DNA of 64,000 nucleotides, taken from the sequence record NZ_CP044066.1, one strand, 5' to 3'. This document shows positions 1 to 10,020 of the stretch, one piece after another; within the stretch, counting starts at the first letter, position 1, and each line of letters starts with the position of its first letter. The position numbers were made by a program, and so were the translations under genes. Under the pieces are notes generated by a model, which saw only the letters and a list, made by a program, of their open reading frames with translations, had not been told where the DNA came from and did not search any database. The stretch comes from a plasmid.

Positions 1-244
1 CGCGCCGGCGGCGCTTCAGGATCTGACAGCGTCGCTGAATGTGTCGGTGTTCAACGCGGGCATCGGCATGGGCGCAGTGGTCGGCGGCAAGGTCATCGAC
101 GCCGCGGGACTGTCGGATGTCGGTCCTGCCGGCGCGATCGTTGGCGCCCTCGCATTGAGCGTGGCCGCGGTCATCGTCATCGTTGCCCGCCGCCAGTCAC
201 GGATCAGCGTGAAGGCAGCCATAGCGGCCCGTCCCACGCTTTGA
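1..244 (+). CDS. C-terminal fragment of a membrane transporter (MFS-like), 5' end outside window
   Basis: Frame continuous from position 1; translation is hydrophobic Gly/Ala/Val-rich TM helices (AGIGMGAVVGGKVIDAAGL...AVIVIVARRQ) typical of an MFS permease C-terminus; stop at 242-244. Confidence 0.45.
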   Translation, partial: APAALQDLTASLNVSVFNAGIGMGAVVGGKVIDAAGLSDVGPAGAIVGALALSVAAVIVIVARRQSRISVKAAIAARPTL

Positions 245-1115
245 GCGCGTCGAGAAACGCCTTCAGTCGGGAAGGCATGAAGCGCCGCGTTGGATATAGC
301 GCGTGAACGTGGACCTGCGGCGACGACCAATCCGGGAGGACTCGCACGAGGTCACCCGTCGTGAGGCGGGTGTCGGCGTATCCGGATGGGAGCAAGGCGA
401 TGCCGTGTCCGCGTAGTGCAAACGCCGTGACGATGTGGAAATCATGGGCCGCCACAGGGCCCGAGACGCGGACGGTCACCTCCCGCCGCCCCTTTACGAG
501 ATGCCAATCCGCTTCGTTGTTGCGGCCGTTGATCATCACACACGGATACTGGCTCAACTGCTCGGGCCGCGTTGGAAGGTCGTGCCGCGCGACATAGTCC
601 GGCGAGGCGACCAGATACCGCACACTCCTGCCAAGCCGCTGCGCGACCAGGCTCGAATCCCGCAAATCCCCGAAGCGGATCGCCATATCGATGTTGTCGG
701 CGATCAGGTCGAGAAACTCATTGGTGAAATGAAGATCGACGTGGATGCCGGGGTAACTCGTCAGGAACGCCGATAAGAAGTTGTAGAACGGGTCCTGCTC
801 AAGCATCACGGGACCGGATACGCGCAATAGCCCTTCCGGCCTGTTCTGCGTCTGGGTAATCACGCGCTCGGCATCGTATAGGTGGCTGAGCGGCTCGCTG
901 CACTGATCGAAATACGCCCGCCCCTGGGCCGTCAGATTGAGCTTGCGCGTTGTACGCTGCAACAGCGTCACGCCAAGGCGCTCTTCCAGGGTCGTCACCT
1001 TGCGACTGACTGTGGAAACCGGCATGCCAAGTGCCCGCGCGGCGCGGCTGAAACTCTCCAATTGCACCACCCGGACAAACACCGCGATGTCGTTCAAGTC
1101 GGTCTGCTCGGCCAT
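204..1115 (-). CDS. LysR-family transcriptional regulator
   Basis: N-terminal HTH LNDIAVFVRVVQLESFSRAARALGMPVSTVSRKVTTLEERLG; ~300 aa with LysR substrate-binding domain layout; divergent to SDR gene. Confidence 0.85.
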   Translation of the reverse strand: MAEQTDLNDIAVFVRVVQLESFSRAARALGMPVSTVSRKVTTLEERLGVTLLQRTTRKLNLTAQGRAYFDQCSEPLSHLYDAERVITQTQNRPEGLLRVSGPVMLEQDPFYNFLSAFLTSYPGIHVDLHFTNEFLDLIADNIDMAIRFGDLRDSSLVAQRLGRSVRYLVASPDYVARHDLPTRPEQLSQYPCVMINGRNNEADWHLVKGRREVTVRVSGPVAAHDFHIVTAFALRGHGIALLPSGYADTRLTTGDLVRVLPDWSSPQVHVHALYPTRRFMPSRLKAFLDALKAWDGPLWLPSR

Positions 1116-1237
1116 ATCGTCTCCGCCTTTGATTTTTCCGTAGGTGGAAAAAAGAATCCATATATTCCATTCTAATCAAAGCCGCTTCCATCGACCAAAC
1201 TTCCTTCCACGCAGTTCAACAACCCTTGGAGGGAATC

Positions 1238-1969
1238 ATGTCAAGCAAAGTCATTGTCATTACCGGCGCGTCCAGCGGCATCGGCGAAGCCACCGCCAAA
1301 CGCCTTGCATCGGAAGGAGCGATCGTCGCGCTCGCCGCCCGTCGGGTCCACAAGCTAAAGGAAATCGCAGCTGAGATCGAGGAGAAAGGCGGCAAGGCTT
1401 CCATCCATCAGGTCGACGTCACCGACCAGGCGCAGGTAGTCCGTCTGATCGAGGACGTGGTGGCGCGCCACGGCCGTATTGATGTCATGGTCAACAACGC
1501 CGGTCTCATGGCCATTGCACCACTGACGCTGCGGCAAACGGCTGAATGGGACCGCATGATCGACATCAACATCAAAGGCTTGCTGTACGGCATCGCCGCA
1601 GCCTTGCCGGTGTTCGAAGCGCAGCAGTCCGGCCATTTCATCAATATCGCGTCGGTCGTGGGCCTGAAGGTATTCAGCCCCGGTGGCACGGTGTACTCGG
1701 GCACCAAGTTCGCCGTGCGGGCAATCTCGGAGGGGCTGCGTCACGAGGTAGGCGGAAACATCCGCACGACTGTGATCTCACCGGGCGCGGTAGACACAGA
1801 GCTGAAATACGGCTCCGGCCATGACGATAGCCGCAATTTCGTCGTCGACTTCTACAAGATGGCCATTCCGTCTGACGCCATCGCTCAGGCCATCGCCTAC
1901 GCCATCGCGCAACCTCAGTCCGTTGACGTCAACGAGATCGTGATCCGGCCGACCGTGCAGGACTTCTGA
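1238..1969 (+). CDS. SDR-family short-chain dehydrogenase/reductase
   Basis: TGASSGIGEA Rossmann motif, NNAG motif, catalytic S..Y..K region (YSGTKFAVRAI); ATG at 1238 preceded by GGAGGG RBS (track ORF begins at upstream TTG 1226). Confidence 0.85.
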   Translation: MSSKVIVITGASSGIGEATAKRLASEGAIVALAARRVHKLKEIAAEIEEKGGKASIHQVDVTDQAQVVRLIEDVVARHGRIDVMVNNAGLMAIAPLTLRQTAEWDRMIDINIKGLLYGIAAALPVFEAQQSGHFINIASVVGLKVFSPGGTVYSGTKFAVRAISEGLRHEVGGNIRTTVISPGAVDTELKYGSGHDDSRNFVVDFYKMAIPSDAIAQAIAYAIAQPQSVDVNEIVIRPTVQDF

Positions 1970-1979
1970 GAGACGCGCC

Positions 1980-2714
1980 ATGACGCTTCAGACATCCAAA
2001 GCGCGGCGGATCAAGGCGCTGGCCTTCGACATGCAGGGCACCATCTTCAACTTCTACGATCCGATGATGGAGGCGCTGGCGCGGGTCCCTGCCGCGGCGG
2101 CCGATCTGGCGCAATGGTCGACCTTTGCGGGTGTCTGGAGTGCAGCGGCGTATATCGCGTTCGCCGATATCGCCGCCAGGCGGAAGGCGTGGATGCCTGC
2201 CGCCGCCGTCTACGCGGACGAACTGCCCCGCGTGCTTGCGCGCTTTCCCGGTGGCGCAAGCGTGTCGAAGGCCGACCGGGCGCTTCTGCTGGCAGTTTGG
2301 GGCAACGTGAGGCCATGGGACGACGTGCTGCCGGGCCTGACCGCGCTACGGGAATCGTTCGTGCTGGCGACGCTGACCAATGCTTCGATGCGCGGCACGA
2401 TCGACCTTGTCAGGCGGACGGGACTGCCGTTCGACGCCATCCTCTCAGCCGAACTGGCGGGCGCGCTGAAGCCGGATCCGCAGGTGTATCGGCTGGGCTG
2501 CAAGCACCTCGGTTGCGAACCGGAAGAAGCCATGATGGTGTCGGCGCACAAGTGGGATCTGAGAGCCGCGAAGCAATGCGGCATGCAGACGGCGCTGGTG
2601 CTGCGTCCTCGCGAATATGGTCCCGCCACGACGCTCGACGCATCGCCTGACGATCTCATAGACGTAATCGCGCCGGACCTGCCGTCACTAGCATCCCTCC
2701 TCGCGTATAGCTGA
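1980..2714 (+). CDS. HAD-superfamily hydrolase (haloacid dehalogenase-like)
   Basis: N-terminal LAFDMQGTIFNF (DxxGT-type HAD motif I); 244 aa; 10 bp downstream of SDR stop, likely co-transcribed. Confidence 0.7.
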   Translation: MTLQTSKARRIKALAFDMQGTIFNFYDPMMEALARVPAAAADLAQWSTFAGVWSAAAYIAFADIAARRKAWMPAAAVYADELPRVLARFPGGASVSKADRALLLAVWGNVRPWDDVLPGLTALRESFVLATLTNASMRGTIDLVRRTGLPFDAILSAELAGALKPDPQVYRLGCKHLGCEPEEAMMVSAHKWDLRAAKQCGMQTALVLRPREYGPATTLDASPDDLIDVIAPDLPSLASLLAYS

Positions 2715-3147
2715 GCACCAGCACGGCAGGGCACGGACGCGAGTGCTGTGGAGCATAAGTTCCGCTTGCAGCGAAGAAAAGTGTGACCGAAAGATCAGTG
2801 TCCCATTGATGGGCTGCAGCGGATATTCGCCGGCGGTTGCTCGGTGTCTGCCATGGGTCGGAGAGCGTCCATGCAGCGACGGAGTTGAGTCCCGAGTAGC
2901 AAAGAAAGAGACCGCCGCGCGCCCGTGAGCGCACGGCGGTCGAAGTACTTCAGGGTGGACGCGACCAGTATCAACGCCCGCGCCTCCGGTTTCAATTCGA
3001 ATCTGACGCACCAGAATCTCACGCGCGGTGCAGCGCTCGGCGACTCCGCCTATTCACGCCACGACGCGGGAAAAGGCCTCACACACGCTTCAGGCAGAAT
3101 CGCCACCGGCGCAAACTTGATCTCCCTTCATTTGAACGGAGATCATC

Positions 3148-3774
3148 ATGGATACGCCGAACTCTCAATCGACCCAACATGTTCCGTGGAACAAGGGGAA
3201 GCTCACCGGGCAGAAGCCGCCGCTCAAGCTCTGCGAGATCTGGGCGATTCGCACGAGACTGCAGATATCGTCAAACCTACGCGAGCTAGTGCTGTTCAAC
3301 CTCGCGATCGACAGCAAACTCCGGGCGTGCGATCTCACTAGGTTGCTCGTACGGGACGTCTGCCACGGCACCCGCGTCAGTGCTCGGGCAACAGTGGTCC
3401 AACAGAAGACCCATAGACCGGTCCAGTTTGAGATCACAGAACAAACTAGGGCGAGCGTCGAAGCATGGATAGCTGCCCGAGGATTGAGCCCGTCGGATGC
3501 GTTATTCCCGAGTCGCATACAGACTTCGGCCCACCTTTCTACCCGGCAGTACGCCCGATTGGTACACAGATGGGTCGCCTCGATTGGCCTGGATGACACC
3601 GCCTATGGCACGCACACCATGCGTCGAACCAAAGCATCGTTGATCTACCGTCGAACCAAGAACCTCCGAGCCGTGCAATTACTGCTCGGCCACACGAAGC
3701 TCGAAAGTACTGTGCGCTACCTTGGCATAGAAGTCGACGATGCGCTGGAGATGGCTGAGCAGACTGAAGTCTAG
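3148..3774 (+). CDS. short tyrosine-type site-specific recombinase/integrase (catalytic domain only)
   Basis: Catalytic residues present: box I Arg (SKLRACDLTRL), beta-hairpin Lys (VVQQKTHRPVQF), HxxR (GTHTMRRT), LGHTKLESTVRYL with catalytic Tyr; GGAGA RBS before ATG; only ~45 aa precede box I so the core-binding domain is absent. Confidence 0.75.
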   Translation: MDTPNSQSTQHVPWNKGKLTGQKPPLKLCEIWAIRTRLQISSNLRELVLFNLAIDSKLRACDLTRLLVRDVCHGTRVSARATVVQQKTHRPVQFEITEQTRASVEAWIAARGLSPSDALFPSRIQTSAHLSTRQYARLVHRWVASIGLDDTAYGTHTMRRTKASLIYRRTKNLRAVQLLLGHTKLESTVRYLGIEVDDALEMAEQTEV

Positions 3775-3782
3775 TAGGTTCG

Positions 3783-3812
3783 ATGGCCGGCGAGCGGTCG
3801 CTCACCGGCCAT
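3783..3812. repeat. 30-bp near-perfect palindrome immediately after integrase stop
   Basis: ATGGCCGGCGAGCG|GTCGCTCACCGGCCAT; no U-tract; followed by ~300 bp low-GC non-coding DNA. Confidence 0.5.
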
Positions 3813-4272
3813 TTCCGGTCAATCAGACGAACTCTGTGTGTGGCCGAACCGCAACCAAAATCTGCCTGTCGATAGTGACACGGAGTCCACAATGGCTCAC
3901 TTCGCTGCGCCATTCCGACAAGTTTTAAGTTTGGGCGAGGGCTTCCGCGTTCTAGCTGACCTAGGTGCAAAATCACTCTGATGGTTCTTGTTCTTCCTCC
4001 AGTCGGTTGATTGAAAACTCACCGTGCGCTGTCAATGCCCAGCGCTAAGTTCAGTCGAGGTTCCCTCGTGGCAAGGTTCTGCGATAGTCCAGAACAGCCT
4101 GCCGAAGTAAATTGACGAGAGTTGGAGCGAAAGCTTTCTCTTCTTCAAACGTCGATCCATGACATCGTGCGGCAGGTTGCCAGAAAGGCGAGCGTTTCTA
4201 GAACGGAGCGCCCGCCGGGATCGACCAGTTGCCCGTGCCGCAAACGTAGGGAAATCGCGGCAGAGCAATCCC

Positions 4273-4854
4273 TCACTTGACGGTAAGCCGCTCCGCAGTG
4301 CGATGCAACGCGACACCGACGTTGATGACGGCCTTTTCCGCAGCTTTGTCCTTGAGACCGATCCCGCCGTCGAATGCTTGATGGGCAAGTCCGAGCGTAA
4401 ATGCCTCCGGAACAACCACGACACCCAGCTTGTCCAGCACCGTGCGCAACGCAAGCTGCGAACGCAGGCCACCCAGTTGCCCTGGCGATGCAGAAACCAT
4501 TGCCGCTACCTTTCCTGCAAGCAGCGCAACGCCCGAGGTGCCGTCTTCCTGCGGGCGACTTACCCAATCCAGCGCATTCTTCAGCGCGGCGGTATAGCCG
4601 CCGTTGAACTCGGGCGTTGCAATCAGCAATGCATCGTGCTCGGCGAACACCGCCTGCAGCCGACGCACTTCTGCGGGAATCCCTTGATCGGCTTCCAAGT
4701 CGCCGTCATAGATCGGCAACGCAAAATCGCGCAGCCGGATTGACGTCACGGATGCACCCGCATCGCGCGCGCCATTTGCGGCGATATCGAGCAGCTTCTG
4801 ATTCAGCGAGCCGCGACGAGAACTGCCGCTCACCGCAAGGATTCTGATACTCAT
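4273..4854 (-). CDS. NADPH-dependent FMN reductase family protein (NbaA-like nitroreductase candidate)
   Basis: MSIRILAVSGSSRRGSLNQKLL...LLIATPEFNGGYTAALKNALDW flavodoxin-like FMN reductase signature; AGGAG RBS 5 nt before ATG 4854 (track ORF over-extended to 4914). Confidence 0.75.
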   Translation of the reverse strand: MSIRILAVSGSSRRGSLNQKLLDIAANGARDAGASVTSIRLRDFALPIYDGDLEADQGIPAEVRRLQAVFAEHDALLIATPEFNGGYTAALKNALDWVSRPQEDGTSGVALLAGKVAAMVSASPGQLGGLRSQLALRTVLDKLGVVVVPEAFTLGLAHQAFDGGIGLKDKAAEKAVINVGVALHRTAERLTVK

Positions 4855-4879
4855 GCCATCTCCTGAAGAGGTCTTGAAG

Positions 4880-5398
4880 TTACTGCGCCGGCGGGGGTCG
4901 GTATTCGATTTCACCGCCCGGCAAGAAATACATCATCAGGGCCCTGCCCTTGACGGTCGGAAAATGCTCGCTCATCGGCGCAAAGACGCGCCAGCCCGCG
5001 CCATGCTCGCAGAACTGGGCGCCGGGTTCGAGCGGGATGATCATGTTGATTTCGCCTCGCGTGTGGCAGTGATACTGGCCCTTGACGTCGCGCAGCAGCC
5101 CGCTTTCCACGCTCATCTCCGCCGTCTGGTAACCAGGTTCGGCGATCCGACCCCGGCGGTACGCGGCACCGTCGATCTCGACGTAACCCGCCCATCCCTC
5201 TTCCACGCCCAGCTTCAACAGCCTGCACATCTCCTCGTACGCTTGCGTCCCGGCACCGTAGTGTTCGTTCAGGTGCGCTTCGAGTTCTTCATCGAGTGGG
5301 CGCGAACGCATGTCGTCGCACAGGCGACGCACCCATTGAAGCAACTCCTCCTTGTGTGGACCTTGCGGCAGCATCTGGCTCTCCTTATTTATCTGCAT
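4880..5398 (-). CDS. conserved hypothetical protein (172 aa) inside catabolic operon
   Basis: Complete ORF between the FMN reductase and the amidohydrolase on the same strand; no motif recognised (contains HCHTRGEIN, GAGW); position suggests pathway function. Confidence 0.5.
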   Translation of the reverse strand: MQINKESQMLPQGPHKEELLQWVRRLCDDMRSRPLDEELEAHLNEHYGAGTQAYEEMCRLLKLGVEEGWAGYVEIDGAAYRRGRIAEPGYQTAEMSVESGLLRDVKGQYHCHTRGEINMIIPLEPGAQFCEHGAGWRVFAPMSEHFPTVKGRALMMYFLPGGEIEYRPPPAQ

Positions 5399-5406
5399 CG
5401 TCTGCC

Positions 5407-6420
5407 TCAGCCTACGGCCTGGGGCAGACTGAAAAACCTGGCGGCATTACCGCCAAGAATACGGCCTTTGGCCTGATCGCTCAGACCGCCGTGGTTTTCT
5501 ACCAACGCGCCGATTGACTGCTCACCCAGCGGATACGGGTAATCGGACCCCAGTAGCACCCGTTCCTCGCCCATGACGTCTACCAGCAGGCTGAGGGATT
5601 TCGCGTCGAATACCGCGCTGTCCACGGAGAAGCGGTCCACATAGGACGACGGCAGTTTCGGGCAATCCTCACGGACGATGTCGCGATGGCGCCATGCGTT
5701 GTCGACACGCCCCAGCAGGAACGCGAAGCTGCCGCCGCCATGCGCAAAGCACAGCTTCAGGGATCGTGGAATCCGCTCGAATGCACCGGACAGGATCAGC
5801 GACAGGATGCCCAGCTGGGTTTCCGCCGGCATCGCCACCAGCCACGGCAACATCCATTTCTTCATCCGGCCATCAGTCATCATGTCCCACGGATGCACGA
5901 GTACGGGGATGCCTTCGTTGGCGCAGTGACACAGAAACTGGACCAGGCCCTCGTCGTCGAGATCGCGCGCACCCACGTGGTTGCCGATCTGCACGCCGCA
6001 ATGTCCCGAAGCGTGCGCACGCGATGCCTCCTGGCATGCCAGTTCGATATCCTGCAGCGGAACCTGCGCGAGTGCCCTGAGCCGATCCGGTGCGACCGCG
6101 CAGAGTTCGAGCGCCTTGTCGTTTATGCGCTGCGCCCACTGCCACGCCGTGCTGGCGTCGTAGCGATAGCCGAACATCACCGGTGTAGCGCACATCAGTT
6201 GCACATCGATCCGTTGTTCGTCCATCTGTTCCAGACGTCGACGCGGGTCCCACAGCGGACGGTTGACCGGCCGGAACGCCCGGTCGCCCAGCATGATCGT
6301 TCCCGTTTCGCCATCGTCCGAGACGGCAAGCCACGGCACATCCGGCTGGCCGACTTGCGCAGCTTCCTCCCGCGAAATCGTCGGGAAAAAGTGGGAGTGC
6401 ATATCAATTCGCAAGGTCAT
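5407..6420 (-). CDS. amidohydrolase-2 family decarboxylase (ACMSD-like, 2-amino-3-carboxymuconate-6-semialdehyde decarboxylase candidate)
   Basis: [13 protein letters not shown] metal-binding HxH start typical of ACMSD/LigW family; ~337 aa; internal HPWDMM, FAHGGG motifs; start moved to ATG 6420. Confidence 0.75.
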   Translation of the reverse strand: MTLRIDMHSHFFPTISREEAAQVGQPDVPWLAVSDDGETGTIMLGDRAFRPVNRPLWDPRRRLEQMDEQRIDVQLMCATPVMFGYRYDASTAWQWAQRINDKALELCAVAPDRLRALAQVPLQDIELACQEASRAHASGHCGVQIGNHVGARDLDDEGLVQFLCHCANEGIPVLVHPWDMMTDGRMKKWMLPWLVAMPAETQLGILSLILSGAFERIPRSLKLCFAHGGGSFAFLLGRVDNAWRHRDIVREDCPKLPSSYVDRFSVDSAVFDAKSLSLLVDVMGEERVLLGSDYPYPLGEQSIGALVENHGGLSDQAKGRILGGNAARFFSLPQAVG

Positions 6421-6439
6421 GGTTTCGCTATGGAAAAGC

Positions 6440-7207
6440 CTACAGGCGGGTTGTGATATCGACTTCGCCAACCCCGCTCACCAGCACCTGCACATGGCTG
6501 GCCGGCACCAGCGGGTGGGCGGCCGTGGCCGCGCCGGCCATGATGAGCGAGCCTGCCGGCAATGCCGTCTCAGACTCGCTGGCAAGCCGCGAGGCTTCCA
6601 CGACAGCGCGAACCGGATGACCGAGAATGGCCGCGGTCGAGCCGATCTGCATGTCCCTGCCGTCCACGCGCATGATCACGCCCGCATTGCCCAGGCTATC
6701 GAGGTTTCGCGCCCAGTTGCCTACGACGAGTCCGGCGCTGGAACAGTTGTCGGCTACCACATCTTCCAGCGTGAAGCGGAAGTCCTGGTAGCGGGAATCG
6801 ATGATCTCCATTGCCGGCGCCACGGCCTCCAGGTAGTCCTTCGCCTCTAGCGCCGTCAGTGGCCGGTCAATCGTCCTGCGCGTCAGGAAGCAGACCTCGG
6901 GCTCGACACGCGGATGGATGAATCGCCGCAGACTGACGTTACCGCCGTCGTCCTCCAGCATGGCGTCGGTGAGCCAGCCCCAGATCAGATCCGACACTCC
7001 CATCTGCATCATCTTGGCGCGGCTCGTGAAGCCGAGCTTGATGCCGATGCGACGCTCGCCGCGCTGCACGCGGCGATCGATAGACATACGCTGGATGCGA
7101 TACGCGTCATGCACGGAAAACGCATCGACCGTCGTGAGTTGATGGATCGCGGTCGCTTTCACCGCCGCCTCGTCGACCAGGCGCGCGGCATCCTCGATAT
7201 CGATCAT
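6440..7207 (-). CDS. 4-oxalocrotonate decarboxylase / 2-oxopent-4-enoate hydratase family protein
   Basis: 255 aa MhpD/XylI-fold protein ([31 protein letters not shown]); start overlaps aldolase stop (ATGA). Confidence 0.75.
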   Translation of the reverse strand: MIDIEDAARLVDEAAVKATAIHQLTTVDAFSVHDAYRIQRMSIDRRVQRGERRIGIKLGFTSRAKMMQMGVSDLIWGWLTDAMLEDDGGNVSLRRFIHPRVEPEVCFLTRRTIDRPLTALEAKDYLEAVAPAMEIIDSRYQDFRFTLEDVVADNCSSAGLVVGNWARNLDSLGNAGVIMRVDGRDMQIGSTAAILGHPVRAVVEASRLASESETALPAGSLIMAGAATAAHPLVPASHVQVLVSGVGEVDITTRL

Positions 7208-8259
7208 GCGGCCCTCGCTTGCTGTGCATTGCGATGGACGAGATCCAGCGCCACGTCGACGATCATGTCCTCCTGCCCCCCAACCATCCGGCGGTTGCCG
7301 AGTTCGACCAGAATGTCGAACGTCGAGATCCCGTATTTGACCGAGGCCGCTTCCGCATGGCGCAGGAAACTCGAATAGACACCGGCATAGCCAAGTGCGA
7401 GCGTCTCTCTGTCGACGCGCACCGGACGCTCCTGCAACGGCCGGACAATATCGTCTGCGGCATCAATCAGTGTCTTGACGTCGCAACCATGGTTCAACCC
7501 CATGCGATCTACGGCCGCGATGAAGACCTCCAGCGGCGCATTGCCAGCGCCGGCGCCCATTCCGGCCAGCGACGCATCCACGCGGTCGCAACCCTCCTGG
7601 ACCGCGACAATCGAGTTGGCCACGCCCAGCGAGAGATTGTGGTGCGCATGCATGCCAGTCTGCGTTGCAGGATCGAGCGTGGCTTTCAGCGCGCGAAAGC
7701 GTGCCGCCACGTCATCCATGTTCAGTGCACCACCGGAGTCCACCACGTAGACACACTGCGCACCGTATGTTTCCATCAGCTTGGCCTGCTGGGCGAGCAG
7801 TGCCGGCGTGGTCATGTGGCTCATCATCAGGAAGCCAACCGTATCCATGCCGAGCGAGCGCGCGTACTCGATGTGTTGCCGCGAGATATCGGCTTCCGTG
7901 CAATGCGTGGCCACGCGCACCACGCGTGCACCGGCCTCGTAGGCTTCGCGCAAGTCATGCAGCGTGCCGATGCCCGGGATCAGCAGCGTTGCGACCTGGG
8001 CGCGCCGGACCGCTCCGCTCACGGCGGCGATCCAGTCGTAATCCGTGTGTGCGCCGAGACCATAGTTGAAGCTCGATCCGGCCAGGCCGTCACCGTGCGC
8101 CACCTCGATGCTGTCGACACCGGCGGCGTCGAGCGCTTTGGCAATTCGCACGGCCTGGTCCACGGTGTACTGGTGACGGATGGCGTGCATGCCATCGCGC
8201 AGCGTCACATCGGAAACGTAGAGCTTTTTCGTGTGGGTCGTCATTGTGATCTCCTTCAC
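7204..8259 (-). CDS. 4-hydroxy-2-oxovalerate aldolase
   Basis: [21 protein letters not shown]...[10 protein letters not shown]..., 351 aa DmpG/MhpE/BphI family; start overlaps acetaldehyde DH stop. Confidence 0.9.
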   Translation of the reverse strand: MKEITMTTHTKKLYVSDVTLRDGMHAIRHQYTVDQAVRIAKALDAAGVDSIEVAHGDGLAGSSFNYGLGAHTDYDWIAAVSGAVRRAQVATLLIPGIGTLHDLREAYEAGARVVRVATHCTEADISRQHIEYARSLGMDTVGFLMMSHMTTPALLAQQAKLMETYGAQCVYVVDSGGALNMDDVAARFRALKATLDPATQTGMHAHHNLSLGVANSIVAVQEGCDRVDASLAGMGAGAGNAPLEVFIAAVDRMGLNHGCDVKTLIDAADDIVRPLQERPVRVDRETLALGYAGVYSSFLRHAEAASVKYGISTFDILVELGNRRMVGGQEDMIVDVALDLVHRNAQQARAA

Positions 8260-9191
8260 ATAGCCAGCCGCTTGGCCATCATTTCATCTGCAGTGCGCAG
8301 TGCAGCCGAGGTCATGATGTCGAGGTTCCCGGCATAGGCGGGCAGGTAGTGCGCGGCGCCTTCGACCTCCAGGAACACACTCACCTTGAGCCCGGTGGCG
8401 GGGGCCCCCGTCTTCAGGAAACGCGCCGGCAGATCGACACGATCGAACTGCACCGCCTGCTTCAGCCGATACCCCGGTACATAGGCCGATACGTGTGCTA
8501 CCTGTGCGTGAATTGCCTCGTCGATCCGCACGGTGTCTGCGTCCGCATCCACCAGGCAATACACGGTGTCGCGCATGAGCAGCGGCGGTTCGGCGGGATT
8601 CAGGACGATGATGGCCTTCCCCACGGTGGCGCCACCAATGATCTCGATGGCGCGTGACGTCGTCTCGGTGAACTCGTCGATGTTGGCGCGCGTACCCGGA
8701 CCCGCCGAGCGGCTGGAGATCGAGGCAACGATCTCCCCGTAGTGGACGGATGCAACGTCGGAGACCGCGCGGACGATGGGAATCGTGGCCTGCCCGCCGC
8801 ACGTCACCATGTTGACGTTCGTGGAATCAAGATTCGCCTCCAGATTGACGCACGGTACGACGAAAGGCCCGAGTGCGGCCGGCGTCAGGTCGATGACCGT
8901 CACGCCATGCTGCGCAAGTATCTCGGCGTGATGCGCATGCGCACTGGCCGACGTGGCATCGAACGCGATGCGCACGTCGCGGAACTCCGGCATCGCGACC
9001 AGCCCCTCGATACCATCGGCCGTGGTCGCCACACCAAGCCGCTGGGCACGTGCCAGGCCATCGGAAGCGGGATCGATGCCCACCATGGCCGCCATCTTGA
9101 GATGACGGGCGTTGCGCATCACTTTGATCATCAGATCAGTGCCGATGTTGCCGGACCCGATGATGGCTACAGAAAATTTATTGTCGCTCAC
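8256..9191 (-). CDS. acetaldehyde dehydrogenase (acetylating)
   Basis: [20 protein letters not shown]-binding start, catalytic [13 protein letters not shown] Cys motif; DmpF/MhpF family ~311 aa; likely GTG start at 9191 ([17 protein letters not shown]) with GGAG upstream; track ORF over-extended. Confidence 0.85.
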   Translation of the reverse strand: MSDNKFSVAIIGSGNIGTDLMIKVMRNARHLKMAAMVGIDPASDGLARAQRLGVATTADGIEGLVAMPEFRDVRIAFDATSASAHAHHAEILAQHGVTVIDLTPAALGPFVVPCVNLEANLDSTNVNMVTCGGQATIPIVRAVSDVASVHYGEIVASISSRSAGPGTRANIDEFTETTSRAIEIIGGATVGKAIIVLNPAEPPLLMRDTVYCLVDADADTVRIDEAIHAQVAHVSAYVPGYRLKQAVQFDRVDLPARFLKTGAPATGLKVSVFLEVEGAAHYLPAYAGNLDIMTSAALRTADEMMAKRLAM

Positions 9192-10018
9192 GATTGAAAC
9201 TCCGATGACTTCGAGAAGACGGCGCGCACTTCGCCCAGGCCTTCGATCCTCGCGGAGAAGACATCCCCGGCATGTACCGCAACCATGGGCCCCAATGCGC
9301 CGGTCAGCACCACATCGCCGGCCTGCAAGGGTTGCCCGACGCGAACCATCATGTCGGCAAGCCATACGGCAGCATTCAACGGATTGCCCAGGCATGCGGC
9401 GCCCGCCCCCACGCTGACCTGCTCGCCCCTGCGTTCCATGACCATGCCGCAACGCACGAGATCCAGATCACCCAGCTTGACGGGGCGCGTTCCGAGCACA
9501 AAGAGTCCGCTCGACGCGTTGTCCGCCACGGTATCGAGCAGTCGGATATCCCAGTTCGCGATGCGGCTGCCCACGACCTCGATGGCCGGCAGCGCATAGG
9601 CCGTGGACCCAACGATATCGGCAATCGTATGGCGCTCGTGCGGCAGGTCGTACTCGATCATCAGCGCAATCTCCGCTTCGACCTTGGGCTGATGGGTCCG
9701 GCCGAAGGGTATTTCCTCGCCGTCGCCGAAAGCCATGGTGTCCAGCAGCGTGCCGAAGTCCGGCGTGTCTACACCCAACTGCGCCTGCACGATCTTCGAC
9801 GTCAGGCCAATCTTGCGCCCCACGGTGCGCCCGCCGGCAGCCAACTGCCGTTGAATGTTGATCTGCTGGATGCGGTAGGCGTGTTCGAGCGCCACACCCC
9901 CACGCTTGGCCAATGCTTCGATGGCATCGCGAACAGGAGGAACGGGGCTGAACGGCTGCGCCCCATGCGGCTGCCACAGCGAATCGGCAATGCCCTGCAG
10001 TGTCGGATGACTGTCCAT
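9188..10018 (-). CDS. 2-oxopent-4-enoate (2-keto-4-pentenoate) hydratase
   Basis: 277 aa MhpD/XylJ/AmnF-type ([36 protein letters not shown]); ATG 10018; 4-nt overlap with downstream gene. Confidence 0.8.
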   Translation of the reverse strand: MDSHPTLQGIADSLWQPHGAQPFSPVPPVRDAIEALAKRGGVALEHAYRIQQINIQRQLAAGGRTVGRKIGLTSKIVQAQLGVDTPDFGTLLDTMAFGDGEEIPFGRTHQPKVEAEIALMIEYDLPHERHTIADIVGSTAYALPAIEVVGSRIANWDIRLLDTVADNASSGLFVLGTRPVKLGDLDLVRCGMVMERRGEQVSVGAGAACLGNPLNAAVWLADMMVRVGQPLQAGDVVLTGALGPMVAVHAGDVFSARIEGLGEVRAVFSKSSEFQS

Positions 10019-10020
10019 GT

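Noticed and set aside
2114-2650. 178-aa ORF in an alternative frame over the HAD hydrolase gene, and other Arg-rich overlapping ORFs throughout (for example 2047-2316, 26114-26695)
   Set aside because: Out-of-frame overlaps with motif-supported genes; composition is Arg/Pro/Ser-rich as expected from third-position GC bias.
3783-3812. Palindrome after the integrase read as a simple intrinsic terminator
   Set aside because: The stem is long and perfect but is not followed by a U-tract, so it is not scored as a terminator. It is kept as a candidate recombination site or structural element in the findings.
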